Below, piece by piece: positions 1-12,584 of a DNA stretch of 64,000 bases (its first letter is position 1; every line of letters begins with the position of its first letter). The translations under genes and the position numbers were made by a program. A model generated the notes under the pieces. The model saw only the letters and a list, made by a program, of their open reading frames with translations, did not search any database and was not told the origin of the DNA. Source of the DNA: Chrysomallon squamiferum (Eukaryota; Animalia; Mollusca); NCBI GenBank assembly GCA_012295275.1, contig CM022671.1:17856001-17920000 (forward strand). The letters are read 5' to 3'.

Positions 1-191
1 GTTAATGCCAAAGACCTCTCGATTAATGTGTCAAAGTTAGCAGTGAAGGACAGTGTGAATCCAGCAGCTATTGTTAACCAGATCTCAATTCCAGATGATG
101 AGGAACTTAATTATGTTAATAGTTCAGTCTGGCGACAGCACATAAAACATGTTTTTATTCTCAGTGAAGCTGGTAAACCTGTATATTCAAG
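1..191 (+). CDS. MON1: MON1 internal exon (5' end outside window)
   Basis: Frame 1 reads ...WRQHIKHVFILSEAGKPVYSR, the conserved Mon1 longin-1 motif; GT donor at 192 (phase 2). Confidence 0.93.
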
Positions 192-285
192 GTACATATT
201 TTTTTTAAACTTTACAAAATTGACTATTAATATAAATGTATATACTACAGATAAATCATTTAAACTTGTATATTTACATATATAA

Positions 286-361
<76 letters not shown>

Positions 362-383
362 TTCACATCATATAATACAAATA

Positions 384-680
384 CAGCTGAGGATCCCCTT
401 TCCAAAATTCCGAAATCCAGAACCTTTTCCGATCAGTAGAATACTAGAAATAATAATATCTTTCAGTTTTCAGGGTTTTTTGCATATACAAACTGTATTT
501 TATGCACAAAATTATTAAAAATATTATTTTAAAAATCCTGGAGACTATCTGTGTCAACTGTATGTGAAAAATAAATGGAATTCATATTTAGACAGATTCT
601 GTTCTCATGCTATCTCCTTATATTCCAAAATCTCAAACACTTCTGGTTCCAAGCATTTCACATAAAGAATTCTCATCCTG
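384..680. mobile_element. Tigger4/MER46-like pogo-family MITE
   Basis: TA flanks on both sides; imperfect TIRs CAGCTGAGGATCCC.. / ..GAATTCTCATCCTG; right end AAACACTTCTGGTTCCAAGCATTTC resembles the Tigger4/MER46 terminus as I recall it. Confidence 0.72.
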
Positions 681-1324
681 TATATATATTCATGTTTGCA
701 TTTGGCTATATGTATATTTGCAGTTGTGGATTTCACTGAATGTCACTATGTGTGAGTGTATGTATGTATGTATGTATGAAAGAGAGAAATATATATTTGT
801 GTGTATATATTAAATGCTTAAATATAAACATTGCTTTTTATATAGTTACATATAATTATTTTATTTTTATAGTTAAATGTTTCTGATATGAGTCATATAA
901 CTTTTACATGTTTTTAACAGATCATATGACATTGTTTACATTATGCACTTTAGACATGATGGCATTACATTTAAATCTTTCAGCTATGACTTAATTTTAT
1001 ACATTTTGAAAAGGACATTGATTCATTTATATGTTTAGAATATTATTATTTTACTACAGTGCGTAAATGGTCAGCATGATCATTTTAGGAACTTACAGAA
1101 ATGTTAATGAAGATTCTAGTTTATAATTATATTTTTGTAATTCCTAATTTTGCATTTATAGTTGCCTAATCTTATAATTATAGTTGGATAATTATATATT
1201 TAGAATTGCCTAGTTTTATATTTATATTAACATTATTTTATATTTATTTCTTACTTGGTAAGACATACATTATAGCACATTTACTTAATGATGTATTTAC
1301 ACACAGTTTTTAATTCTTTTTTAG

Positions 1325-1763
1325 GTATGGCAGTGAAGACAAACTTGTAACAATCATGGGGGTTATGCAGGCTCTTGTATCATTTGTTCAGGACGGTAAA
1401 GACAATATTCGTTGCATCATCGCCGGTGATCACAAATTTGTGTTTTTAGTTCGGAGCCCTCTCCTTTTAGTAGGAGTCACTTGTGGCCCAGACTCTGTCC
1501 AACAAATTTTACTACAGCTGTCTTACGTTTACAATCAGGTTCTCAGTGTGCTAACAGCCAATGCCCTGGATAACATATTTAAACAGAGGAGAAATTACGA
1601 CTTGCGTAGACTGCTGACAGGGGCAGAAAAATTCTTTGATAACTTATTAAACTTGATAGACAGCGAGCCAGGATTCTTGTTAGGAGCTGTGAGGTGTTTG
1701 CCATTAGACAGTTCAGTGAGAGAAATAATTGCTCAAAGTATAGTACAGCATGGAAAAGTTAAG
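1325..1763 (+). CDS. MON1: MON1 exon
   Basis: ttag acceptor; YGSEDKLVTIMGVMQALVSFV...RRNYDLRRLLTGAEK...LLGAVRCLPL; donor AAG|gtaag. Confidence 0.96.
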
Positions 1764-2965
1764 GTAAGATATTTTTGCAAGAATTTTTGATTTTTGAATG
1801 TATTTTTTAAAACGTTTTTGACTGAAGACATTTTTAGTAGTTAGCTTTAATAATATTTGGTATTGTATCTATAGCCAAATGATATTCTTAAATCTTGTTT
1901 TTGTGTGCTCTAGATTTTATCATTTATATAATTACATGTAAAGGATTTGCTTTTCTTCTTTACATTTATTTGTTTAGTATGTTAATAAGTTACCAGAGAT
2001 AGTTTATTATATGGATAAAATATAATTGGTAAAATTATTTATAACTCCATGCTACTGCACATACTACAGGGCTTCTAATTTTCCATTTGTTTTTGGACTA
2101 CATTTTATCTTCTTACAACCCAGAATCAAAAAAGGCTATGGACACTTTTTTTTCATAACTTTTCTTTTTTCTTTGCCTATAGCCTAAAAGGTATTTTTAT
2201 AACAGTGTGGCCTATTTTTTAAATATATTATCTATCATACATTGCAACTTTACTATTAGAAACTGATTTGTTTTTAAATACTGTGTCAATAATAATTTTC
2301 ATATTTTATACAAATGTATATGTTCTAAGACACTGTATTCAGTTCTTCATACAGCCTATATCTCTAATGCATTATACTTTTACAACTATATGAATTTGTG
2401 TATATACCAGCTATACATTTAAGTGATAACACATATCATTAACATTTATATTATTTAGGGGTGTGTCTACGTGTATGAGTGAGTGGGTGTGTTTGGATGG
2501 ATTAATGGATGGATACATATATATGAATATCAACATAGTCACAGTAGCAGCATGAAGTTTTGTCAAGAAATAAAAATTCCTTTCTCTGTCTTGCACATTA
2601 TACAAGTAATTAATACAGCTGAATGCAGTTAAAAATGTCACAGGAAAACATCACAAAATTGTGTTATGTGCTATAATAGAAAGATTAATAGCCAAATTTT
2701 CACTTTTCTTACGGGTTAATAGGTTTTGCTTAAAATTGTAAAATAGAACTGGGCAACATCAGATACCATGAATTAATTGTCACTTTTTTCTCTGACTTTT
2801 TTCTTACTCAAACATCATTGTTTTTTTCTTATCACTATATTGCCAGCTATGATACAGACAACTGCAGATAACCTATTTTGAATTTTTATGTTTTTTTTTT
2901 TTGCTCATGCTTATTTATACTATGAAGTTTTAAATTTTAATTACAACTGACATGTTTTACAACAG

Positions 2966-3141
2966 GACTTGGTGTTTGGTCTCATTCTTGCTAACAATCA
3001 GCTGGTGACATTAGTCAGGATGAAGAAGTATTTTCTACATCCCATGGATCTTCATCTAATTATTAATCTGGTAAACGCCTCACAGTCTTTCAAAGCTGCT
3101 GAGTCTTGGACTCCAATATGTCTGCCCAAGTTTGACTCCAG
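2966..3141 (+). CDS. MON1: MON1 exon
   Basis: cag acceptor; DLVFGLIL...LHPMDLHLIINLV...AESWTPICLPKFD, a Mon1 hallmark; donor gtcagt. Confidence 0.95.
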
Positions 3142-3748
3142 GTCAGTTAAACTGTATGCTTAACAGTTTAAGAAAAATATTTTATCCATATTACTTTTGT
3201 GTGTGTCATGTTCTACTTTGTGACTTTTTCAAAGTAAAATATATTTAAACATATTTGACTCTGGTTAGTTAAGCAGTATGCTGATAATTTTATGGAATTT
3301 TTATATGTATGTATATGCACATATTTTTGTATGTGCACATTCAATTCTGTAATTTAAAAAAACAGATAAAAACAATTTACTTGAAAAGTAATAAAGATAA
3401 AAACATTCTTCTTTACAATTTTCAAAAATGTTTTTTTCACACTGTTTTTTTTTTACAGTTTTCAAAACACTGTTATTTGACATGTTAATTTAATTTATAA
3501 TCAAAAACAATGAGATTATTGTCATCAAAATATTTGAAAATTAATTTATTTTTAGGTTATTTTTCATTATAACATTTCCAATCCTTATTTAAAATAGCCA
3601 TTTTCTCAGAGATGTTAAGGTATCCATTTAAGCTTTAAGCAGATTTGCATTTTGCTTTCTCCTTGGTTCATTTTACATCCTGCTTCAAACTTTTCACTGA
3701 ATATATTACTTTGTAAATGAACTATCTAATGTTCCTGTTTTGTTTCAG

Positions 3749-3869
3749 TGGTTTTCTTCAAGCACACGTTTCATACCTGGACGAGAGTTGTAATACTTGT
3801 CTTCTGTTATTAACAGTTGACAGAGAGTCATTCTTTGCCCTCTCAGAATGCAAAACAAAAATCAGGGAT
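3749..3869 (+). CDS. MON1: MON1 exon (not in ORF track)
   Basis: tttcag acceptor; SGFLQAHVSYLDESCNTCLLLLTVDRESFFALSECKTKIRD; gtgagt donor; phases match both neighbouring exons. Confidence 0.93.
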
Positions 3870-4990
3870 GTGAGTATTTGTTAGAAATGTTATTATTATG
3901 TTCCATTATGAGATCCGCTGTAATGGCATCTGTGGATACTGCAGAAAGTCACTTTAAGCAACAGACCTGTTAATACAGAGCTATTTTGAAATAGCATTCA
4001 TTCCAGTCCTTATTGCAATTTTTTTAAAACCATGTGCTTTTGAAAAGATAGTAATTCCTGTGTTTTTGGAATGTCTCAGTTTGATTAAAAATAATCCTAG
4101 CTTAAATATTTTGATTGTCATTAATACCCACTAAAGCTTTTGAATTTGACATCATCTGTACCAAGTTGACTTTGTCAGCAGTCACAGTACAGTCACTGAC
4201 TTATAACAGTAAATGTATCGTACAGTTTGTATCATGTTTTCAGCAGTTCCCCTGAGTATTGTCTACCTCTGTAATAATTAAAATATTTGCTGTTTAATAG
4301 TGTGTTCACAGACAGCAGTAATGGAGAGGTCAGTTTAAAGAAAAATAATTTTAAAACTTTGCATGGAATTAAGTATCATTATGGTAGAAAAATGAGAATT
4401 TCATTTTTATTTTTATTGTTTTTAAGCATAAGGATCCTGGTAAAAATGGAGATTAAGTCAATATTTACTGATATATTATTTGCTTTCATTTACAATTTGA
4501 TAAATAATTTCCCAAGTTAAACAAGATAACTCACAGAGAATTATTTATCAAAGGATAATAGTAATCAAACTAAATATAAAAACATGTATTTTATTATTTC
4601 ATATTGTACATAAAAAAAATACTCACACATAGTCATTACCATTGCTATTATAATTATTGATTTCATTTAAAACAAAACTTGCATTGTCATTTTTGTTGTG
4701 CATACGAATATTCATCTGAATTGAAATTCAGGTCGTCATTCTTATTATGTATTGCAGATATTGATTTCAGTAAAAGCAAAACACGTAGTCACTCTTGATT
4801 TCAGTAAAAGCAAAACTGACATAGTCACTCTTTCTGTACGCTATAAATATTGATATAAATTAAAAACATACATTGCTTCACAACAGCTCTCTCTGATTAG
4901 AATGTTAAAATTTTTACCATTACCATTACCAAAAACATGATTTTTTCAATTTTTGTATATATATATATTTTTTTTTTTTTATTCACCCAG

Positions 4991-5272
4991 AGATTAATCA
5001 AGTACAATGCACTTCAAGCCATTGCTGACTCACTTCAGAAAACGAGTTACAGCATACAGCAGTGCAGCATCCCCAATCTGTGGCACTTCCTCTACAAGTC
5101 ACGCAGTACAGCACAGTACACGAGTCCAGAAATAGAGGCCCCCTATCTGACCCAGTCTGAACAGGAAAGACTGTTTGGCTTGTACCAGTATCTTCATCAC
5201 AGAATTCACACATCAGGAAGACCTCTCAAACTGCTTTATCATGTTGGACCCTATGAGACCTTACTGGGATGG
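4991..5272 (+). CDS. MON1: MON1 exon
   Basis: cag acceptor; RLIKYNAL...LWHFLYKSRSTAQYTSPE...RPLKLLYHVGPYETLLGW; donor TGG|gtaagt. Confidence 0.94.
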
Positions 5273-5797
5273 GTAAGTTACAAAATCTAAACATTACTGA
5301 GGTGGATAAATTAGAAAATCTAGATGTTTCTGGGATGGGTAAGTTACAAAATCTAGATGTTACTGGGATGGGTAAGTTACAAAATCTAGACCTTACTAGG
5401 ATGGGTAAGTTACAAAATCTAGATATTACTGGGATGGGTAAGTTACAAAATCTAGACCTTACTGGGATGGGTAAGTTACAAAATCTAGATATTACTGGGA
5501 TGGGTAAGTTACAAAATCTAGACATAACTGGGATGAATTACAAAATCTAGATATTGCTGGGATGGGTTAAACATCTAAAATCTATGATGTTACTAGATAT
5601 ATGGGGATGGGTAACTTACAAAATCTAGATGTTACTGGGATGGGTAAGTTACAAAATCTAGACCTTACTGGGATGGGTAAGTTACAAAATCTAGACATTA
5701 TTGGGATGGGAAAGTTATACAATCTTGATATTGCTGGGATGGGTAAGTTACAAAATTTAGACATTACTTGCATGGGTATGTTATAAAATCTAGACAT
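5257..5797. repeat. 33-bp minisatellite (~16 copies) spanning the MON1 exon/intron junction
   Basis: Unit GACCTTACTGGGATGGGTAAGTTACAAAATCTA; the first copy contains the true donor. Confidence 0.95.
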
Positions 5798-6310
5798 TAT
5801 AATAATAAACAGTAATAATCATAATAATAATAATAACAATAAAGTTCATAAGTTTGTTGGTACAATATGTTTTCTAAGACTGAGTTATCTCTTGTTAAAG
5901 CAGGGACAAACTTTTTAGAATTAGTACCTAATCTCAGGAAATTCTGAACAGGTTAAGAAGTGGAGTAACTCTCAGCTGGCAGTAAAAATGACCTTTTGTA
6001 AAAATATATATATATATATATGTTTATTACCATTCAGCTGTTAAAATGTACTGAGTTTTATAAACATTTATTTGTCTAATTCATGAGACTAAATAATGTT
6101 TGTTATTTATTAAATTTTATGTCTTAGCATTCATTTTTTCATTTGTTTAAAAACCATTAATAATAAATATGTGTTGTTGTTAAAATTAGTTTTTTATTTG
6201 TGTGTCTGCTTCTTTCTTTCTTATTTATTTGCTTATCTTCTTTTTTCTGTCTTTATTTCTTTAGTTAATGAATTACTATTTTATTTACTTACTTACTTAC
6301 TGTGTTCTAG

Positions 6311-6450
6311 GTAACCCCAGGATTTGAAATGTATGCTGTGTTTGGTCCACTGGTGACAAAACTGCAGCAATTCATGCAGTGAACAAACTATTACGATGGA
6401 TCAAGAGAGAAGAAGACAGACTATTTATTCTGAATTCTGTTACCTTTTAA
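6311..6450 (+). CDS. MON1: MON1 last coding exon, with an apparent 1-bp deletion at ~6358-6361
   Basis: VTPGFEMYAVFGPLVTK, then in the -1 frame TAAIHAVNKLLRWIKREEDRLFILNSVTF* (TAA 6448-6450), matching the conserved MON1 C-terminus. Confidence 0.88.
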
Positions 6451-6555
6451 ACTGTGATATATAAAAAACAATAAGGAAATTTATTTGGTGCAGTCTTTGT
6501 TCTTTCCAAATTAGCTAATATATCTAGATGAAGTCAAAAAATATAACCCAACTTT

Positions 6556-7130
6556 CAGTTTCTGAAAGCATCTGACACCAATTTTATCATTTTCATTTTT
6601 ATTTCTTTAAGCTGTACAAATTAATAATTTAAATATGTTACATATATTTTCAAGAGATTTGTTTTTTTGTGTTTTCTTTTTTCCTTTTTTAGATCCTAGA
6701 TATAAACCTTTCTAGGATAAAACAAGTTTCTGACAGTGTTGTACCGATTTTATCATTTTCATTTTTATTTCTTTAAGCTGTACAAATTAATAGTTTAAAT
6801 ATGTTACATATACTTTCAAGATATGTGTTTTTGTATAAGTTCTAAATATAAACTTTTCCTGGTATTAAAAGAGTTGAGAGTATAGTTTCTGACAGTGTTA
6901 TTCTAATTATATCATTTTCAGTTTTTTTCATTTCAAACAGAGATTAGTAGATTAAATATGTTTTATATATACTTTCAAGATATTAGTTTTTTTTATAGGT
7001 CCTAAATATCAACCTTTTCTGGTCCTAAAATCTTAAAATAGTGACACTGCTCTCACTAATTTTATCATTTTCATTTCTTTAATAAGTAGAAATTATTATC
7101 TAAATTTGTTATATATACTTTCAAGAGATT
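6556..7130. repeat. ~160-170 bp degenerate tandem repeat (about 4 units) just after the MON1 stop
   Basis: Recurring AGTTTCTGA..ATTTTATCATTTTCA..AAATATGTTACATATA..TTCAAGA near 6558, 6726, 6885 and ~7040. Confidence 0.85.
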
Positions 7131-8339
7131 CCTTTCTTCTTCTTCTTCTTTTTTTTTTTTTAATACGTGCTAGAGGTCAACCTTTCCTTGTAATAACATC
7201 ACAAAATAGATGTGAAGTGGTTAAAGCCATTGGTTAGAACATATTGAATCATGATAAACCTTGTTTGAGGTGGATGTAAAAGATTGCTTGCTTGCTGATG
7301 GTAAAAAAAGAGTAACTCACTGTATAACAAAAGCCAGTTTCCTCTCATGTTATCTGTATGATGATTATTAACTATTTTTCTCTCTGAAAAATGTAGCAAT
7401 ATGGGAAAATGGCAGCCTTGTCATGTTTCTCTCCATGTTTTGTTGTTATACTTTATTTTTAGCAAAGTTTGGTTACTAGTGTTAAAGTAATTAGAAGTAT
7501 TCCAATTTTGGGGGGGTGAGGTTGTTCCATAACACATATATTTTAATTAAGTGTGTGTCTCTAGATTGTCTTTGGGACATCTTTCTTTTAGCAAAAATGT
7601 TTGGCGACCTGAAGTTGTTATAGCAACACAAAATCATGATGCCATTCGTTAATATTCAGTTTAATCCAATTTAATCCAAAGCAAAGAAACATTTAAATTT
7701 AATTTTTGGTAAAGTTAGTTAATTATATTAGTTGATAAACTCAGGTTAGGGAACTGCTTTTTTTCCAGAACTTATGATTTTAAAATCAAAGATGCTCTAT
7801 AAACTGCTTTCCTGAGTTGTACAGGAGAGTGTGTTTGCTGCCTCTGTCATTATGGTTCAGAGTCACTGTAATATGTAAGTGAAAGAAGATTTTTTTTTCA
7901 TTATTATTGTGACAAAATTTCTCAGGTGAAACCAGTTGTAGGATACATTTCTCAAAATACTGATGCCAAATACTCTGAGAGAAAAAAAAAAATACAATAA
8001 AACATTTGCTTTCTTTTTTTTCAATTACTAAAACATTAGCTTCTGTTAATGCTTATATATTATTTGTTACAGCAGAAACATTATATTTGCTTTTTTATAT
8101 ATATATATTTGTTATTATTTTTGCTACTAATATTTATGCGTTTTTTTTTTGGTTTGTTTGTTTGTTGTTGTTGTTTTGTTTTTGTTTTTTTTTTTTTTTT
8201 TGGGTGGGTATATATTTTTTTAATAAATATATTAATCATTAAAAAATCTATTTAATACCAACAATTCACAAGGTCCAGAAAATCAAATATATATATATAT
8301 ATATATATGTGTTTAATTATTCAAATACCAATTATACCA

Positions 8340-8525
8340 GTCTGTCTGGAGCACTGGTTAAGGTTTCATCTTTATACTAGCAATTACTAAGATCAGATTG
8401 TGTTAGCATCACCAACCATCCTGTCTGCTCTCTGTCTAACATTCTAACATCCTAACAGCCTTGTACAGATAACCCAAGTTCCTGTGTTGTGTCCAAGATG
8501 TGCCTGAAACTATAGTAGATGCAAA
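8340..8525 (+). mobile_element. Degenerate tRNA-SINE-like relic
   Basis: A-box-like GCACTGGTTAAGG head followed by a body resembling gastropod SINE bodies (from recall); heavily decayed. Confidence 0.3.
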
Positions 8526-11500
8526 ACAGGTTTCAGAAGGTCACGTGAAGGTCATATGTTGAAGAATTATTCAAAAAGGTTTAAGTGATAAATACTTAAT
8601 TTCGATTATTGATGTGTTATTTATATTCAGAAAATGTGTAATATTTTATAACAGAGATCATTTTTTTGAAAAAAAAAAAATATATAAAAGGATTCCTGCA
8701 TTTCAGTTATTAGATGTTTCAGAAAATGTCTATTGGTGTTTGGTGCCAAAAGAAGATTTATGAATTATCTGTATGTTCAGATAGAAAGAATTCCAGTATA
8801 GTATTATGGTTACAGTTTACAAAGCTGAGTTTTGGATTCTGTTGGTATAAGAAAGAAAGAGATGGAAAAATAACATTGTGATCAGTTTATATCCAAATTG
8901 ATGTTCTGTTCTGATGAAGCTGAGCTTGTTTTCTTTGTAAATTATTATTATTATTATTATTATTATTATAATCATCATCATCATTATCATTATGTTTATT
9001 GTTGTTGTTATTATTTAACATTATTTATTGTTAACATTATTATTATAATTTTTTTTAAAAATGTTTTTTTAGTTATTGATTTTAAATTTATCTTTATTTT
9101 TTTTTTTTTTGTAAACTTCATTAATGTATTTTTTTTTTTATAAATATTATTGTTTATTTATTTTGTTTCATATTCATATTATTTTATCATTAATTGATCT
9201 GCATTTTATATGTATATTATTTTTTTTATTTATTATTATTATATTTTTGTTGTTGTTGTTTATTGTTTTATCTTCAGTATCCTATGACATTATTAACACA
9301 CTTTGCAGCTTTTATAATTTCATTTTTTTCACAGTATCCATATTTATCATTTACATATTTTTCTGCACAATCTTTAAATGACTGTTTCTAATCAACAAAG
9401 TGCATTTTCCTTTTTAAAAAATCATAAAGAATATTATTCCATTAGTTCTAGCATTACAGAACTGTTCCAAACAAAAACTAAAATTAAATTAACCAAATTT
9501 ACCGTTTAAAAATTCTTAATTAAAATCAGACAGACGTTACAGACTTTCAAATACGGCAGCTATAATGAAATACTTCCGTAGCTGAAAACATAAATGTGTT
9601 TGTGATTGCATGGCAATGCCTAACATGCATGTTACGAATGTCCATGAAGTTGAAATAAAATAGTTTATCAGTTGTTAAAGTATGAATAATACTGAGATTT
9701 TTATTTATTGTTTCTTGAGTGTATATCTTGAATGTAATGAGCACCATAGATTATAATAATAAATCAAGATGAAATCTTTTCTTGTTTTGGCTTAATTTTT
9801 ATTTTATAATATAAATAATAAATAAATAAATATATGTGTGTGTATAAACTATATTTATTTATTTTTATTTTTTTGTTGTTGTAATGTTGATGTTACAATG
9901 TTACCTTCTAAAAATGTATTAAATCTACTGTATTTCATTCAGCATAGTCAAATCATGGATAATCAATAATTTTTTGACTCGCAGTAAAAGTCGACTGTTT
10001 ATTTAATTCACTTCTAATTAAGAAAACTAACAGTGATAATAAACTCGACACTAAATAAAACATTAAAAACAAAAAAATAAAACTTGACGTTCTTGGTTGT
10101 TGTTCAGCATCTTTAAATGAGGATGTGCGGTTTATCATGTTTTAGTGTGTTGATATTTTACTTGGAAAAACGTGTCTGTATTATTTCTTCGTCTGGTTTG
10201 GTAGCACTCAAGTTACATGGTTAAAAGCTATGTTACCGTATCTTGGGAATGCAAGTAAAAACGGATTATTACCTTTATGCACTTTGCGGCAGACTACTTG
10301 TTAACAGTGTGTAGGACCATGTTATTACTAACGCATCGAAATAATTCGTGTGATGGTCACAGTCGACCATCAGAGCGATTTAAGATTTAACATATTACAT
10401 CTCTTGATTTGTTATTTTTGGTTTTTGCTACTTCATGCTCTTGATATTTTTTCACAGCGCCTGCATGAACACCGACATTCAAAAAAAAATTAAAAAATCA
10501 AAAAAAAAATAAAATCAACGTCAATACTTGTAAAATACCGCAATCGAACTCACGGTGTTTCCTTTTCGTTCAGTCCAAGTTACATAATTAATATCATTGG
10601 TTTGAGTCAACAAGACTTTATTTACTTATAAAACTCTAAAAAAAAAGAAAGAAAGAAAAAAGTCATTATTTTTCTTCTTGTTTTTTAATAGTATAATTCA
10701 TCTCTCATTCGTTTCACATTCTTTGATGAAGATTTCCAACAGACGCATTTTGACAGCGAGATCTCCATAGACTGTAACAGATTCAATATTGGACTTCTCT
10801 CTAGTGAAGTTAATTTCAAAGTTTTCGCCAACTACAAGATTGATATTGGAGACACCTTCTTTCTCAGTCAATTTGTCTGCAACAGCTGCATCTAACACTT
10901 TCCATCGTTCTAATTGATTCTTGAATCAATGGACTATAATGAAGGCTAAACGTTTTGTAAGACGCATCAATAAGGTCAAACGAAAAAGATTTAATCTCTT
11001 CTCGATTTTTTTTCTTCAAATTTTTCATGTCAGTCGATTTTTACTTCTTCTTCTTCTTCTTTACAGTTTCCGTGATTCTTTTTTTTTTTTTTTTTTTCCT
11101 GCATATTTTTCTTTCTTCGTCCGTAGACCACAATGTGAAGTTCGGCAGAAATGAGCTAATGTGTGTGTGTGTGTGTGTGTGTGCAAAGACGTCATTCGTT
11201 CTCCAGTTATCTGAGCGATCGAATTTCCGATAGTTTGAAATTAATCGAGAAAACAAAATGAAAGGAAAAAAGAAGAAGAACCAGGTGTCATATATCTTTC
11301 CTAATTTTTTTTTTTTTTTTTAAATCGAAAGAAATAAAAAAAAAAATCCCTAAGCAAAAGAAAACAGAAACAACTAACGTTTTCGTAACAACTGACCTGT
11401 ACTTCAGTCTTTGAAGGAATTACTCTAGATTTAATTACAGTAATATAATTAAAACATAAACAGTTTCAAATAATAAATAATTAAATAAAAAAAATAATAA

Positions 11501-11894
11501 TAATAAATAAATAAATAAAAGGGATCTCTTTACGTACATCCGTCAGTACACGCATACATGCAACATGTAACTGGAGACTTTATTAACCTCTGTAATTAAT
11601 TTATCACTATAAAGTTCATACTGTTTCAAGTTTCAATAATTTAAGCAGCTGAACGTTATGTAACTTGCACTCCGATTCCATCACAATTATATAGTACCAC
11701 TGTACTTCAAGCAGGATGTGGAACAGCTGTTAGACAAAACCGCAGTGACCAGACAATTGCACTGAATGCGATTTCACATCGCTAATTCGATTAAAACAAT
11801 TTTCCTTTTAAAATTTCAAACTGCTTCTAGACAGTTCAATCATAAATCAATGCAACTGTCTCTTGGCTTTTCTACACACACATACTTACTTACT

Positions 11895-11938
<44 letters not shown>

Positions 11939-12256
11939 AGCATACACACACATACACACACATATATAAATATATATATATATATCTTTACATAATACAT
12001 ATATAGAGACTCATATATGTACATCATAAATGAAGACATACAGACATTACATATACATATATGTACATAGATATATACACCCGCATGTGCATGCACACAT
12101 ATATATCTGTGTATAAATATAAAATATAAATATATATATATATGTACACCACACACCATACATAAAAGCGTAATGGTTTTGCTAGTTGTAAGAGTAGCAG
12201 TATATAAACCATGTCACATTGTTTTACGTAACAGCTGTTATTTTTAATGTCATCTA

Positions 12257-12584
12257 TACTCGACCCTCCATTTAACGGATTTCAGACAATCCGGACAAAA
12301 TCTGCAAAATCTACAAATATTCTCGAATCTCCAATGGCTCTAGATACATTTGTCCGATTCTTGTTATACCGTCAGAGTAACCAAAAACTGTGAATTTAAA
12401 GTAAATTCTTCATTATTCGACATTGTAAATTTAAAGTAAATATAGTTCTTCATGTCATTTTACGTTATAAATATTAGTATAAGTGCTATATCTAACATTT
12501 CGAAATATTTCGGTTAATCAAGATTTTAAAACAAATTTCCGGACAACCAGCCCCAGTTTTAGTCCGTTAAATGATGGTCGACTG
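12257..12584. mobile_element. Tc1/pogo-type MITE
   Basis: TIRs TCGACCCTCCATTTAACGGA (left) and TCCGTTAAATGATGGTCGACTG (right); internal TCCGGACAA repeats. Confidence 0.7.

Noticed and set aside
5257-5797. CRISPR-like array
   Set aside because: Head-to-tail tandem units with no unique spacers, no cas genes and a eukaryotic context; the same applies to 16636-17045, 51930-52625 and 55730-56150.
6353-6370. Programmed -1 ribosomal frameshift in MON1
   Set aside because: No X_XXY_YYZ heptamer in frame and no evident downstream structure; a homopolymer error is more parsimonious.
10930-10936. In-frame TGA as selenocysteine in the orphan minus-strand frame
   Set aside because: No selenoprotein-like motif and no SECIS element that I could recognise.
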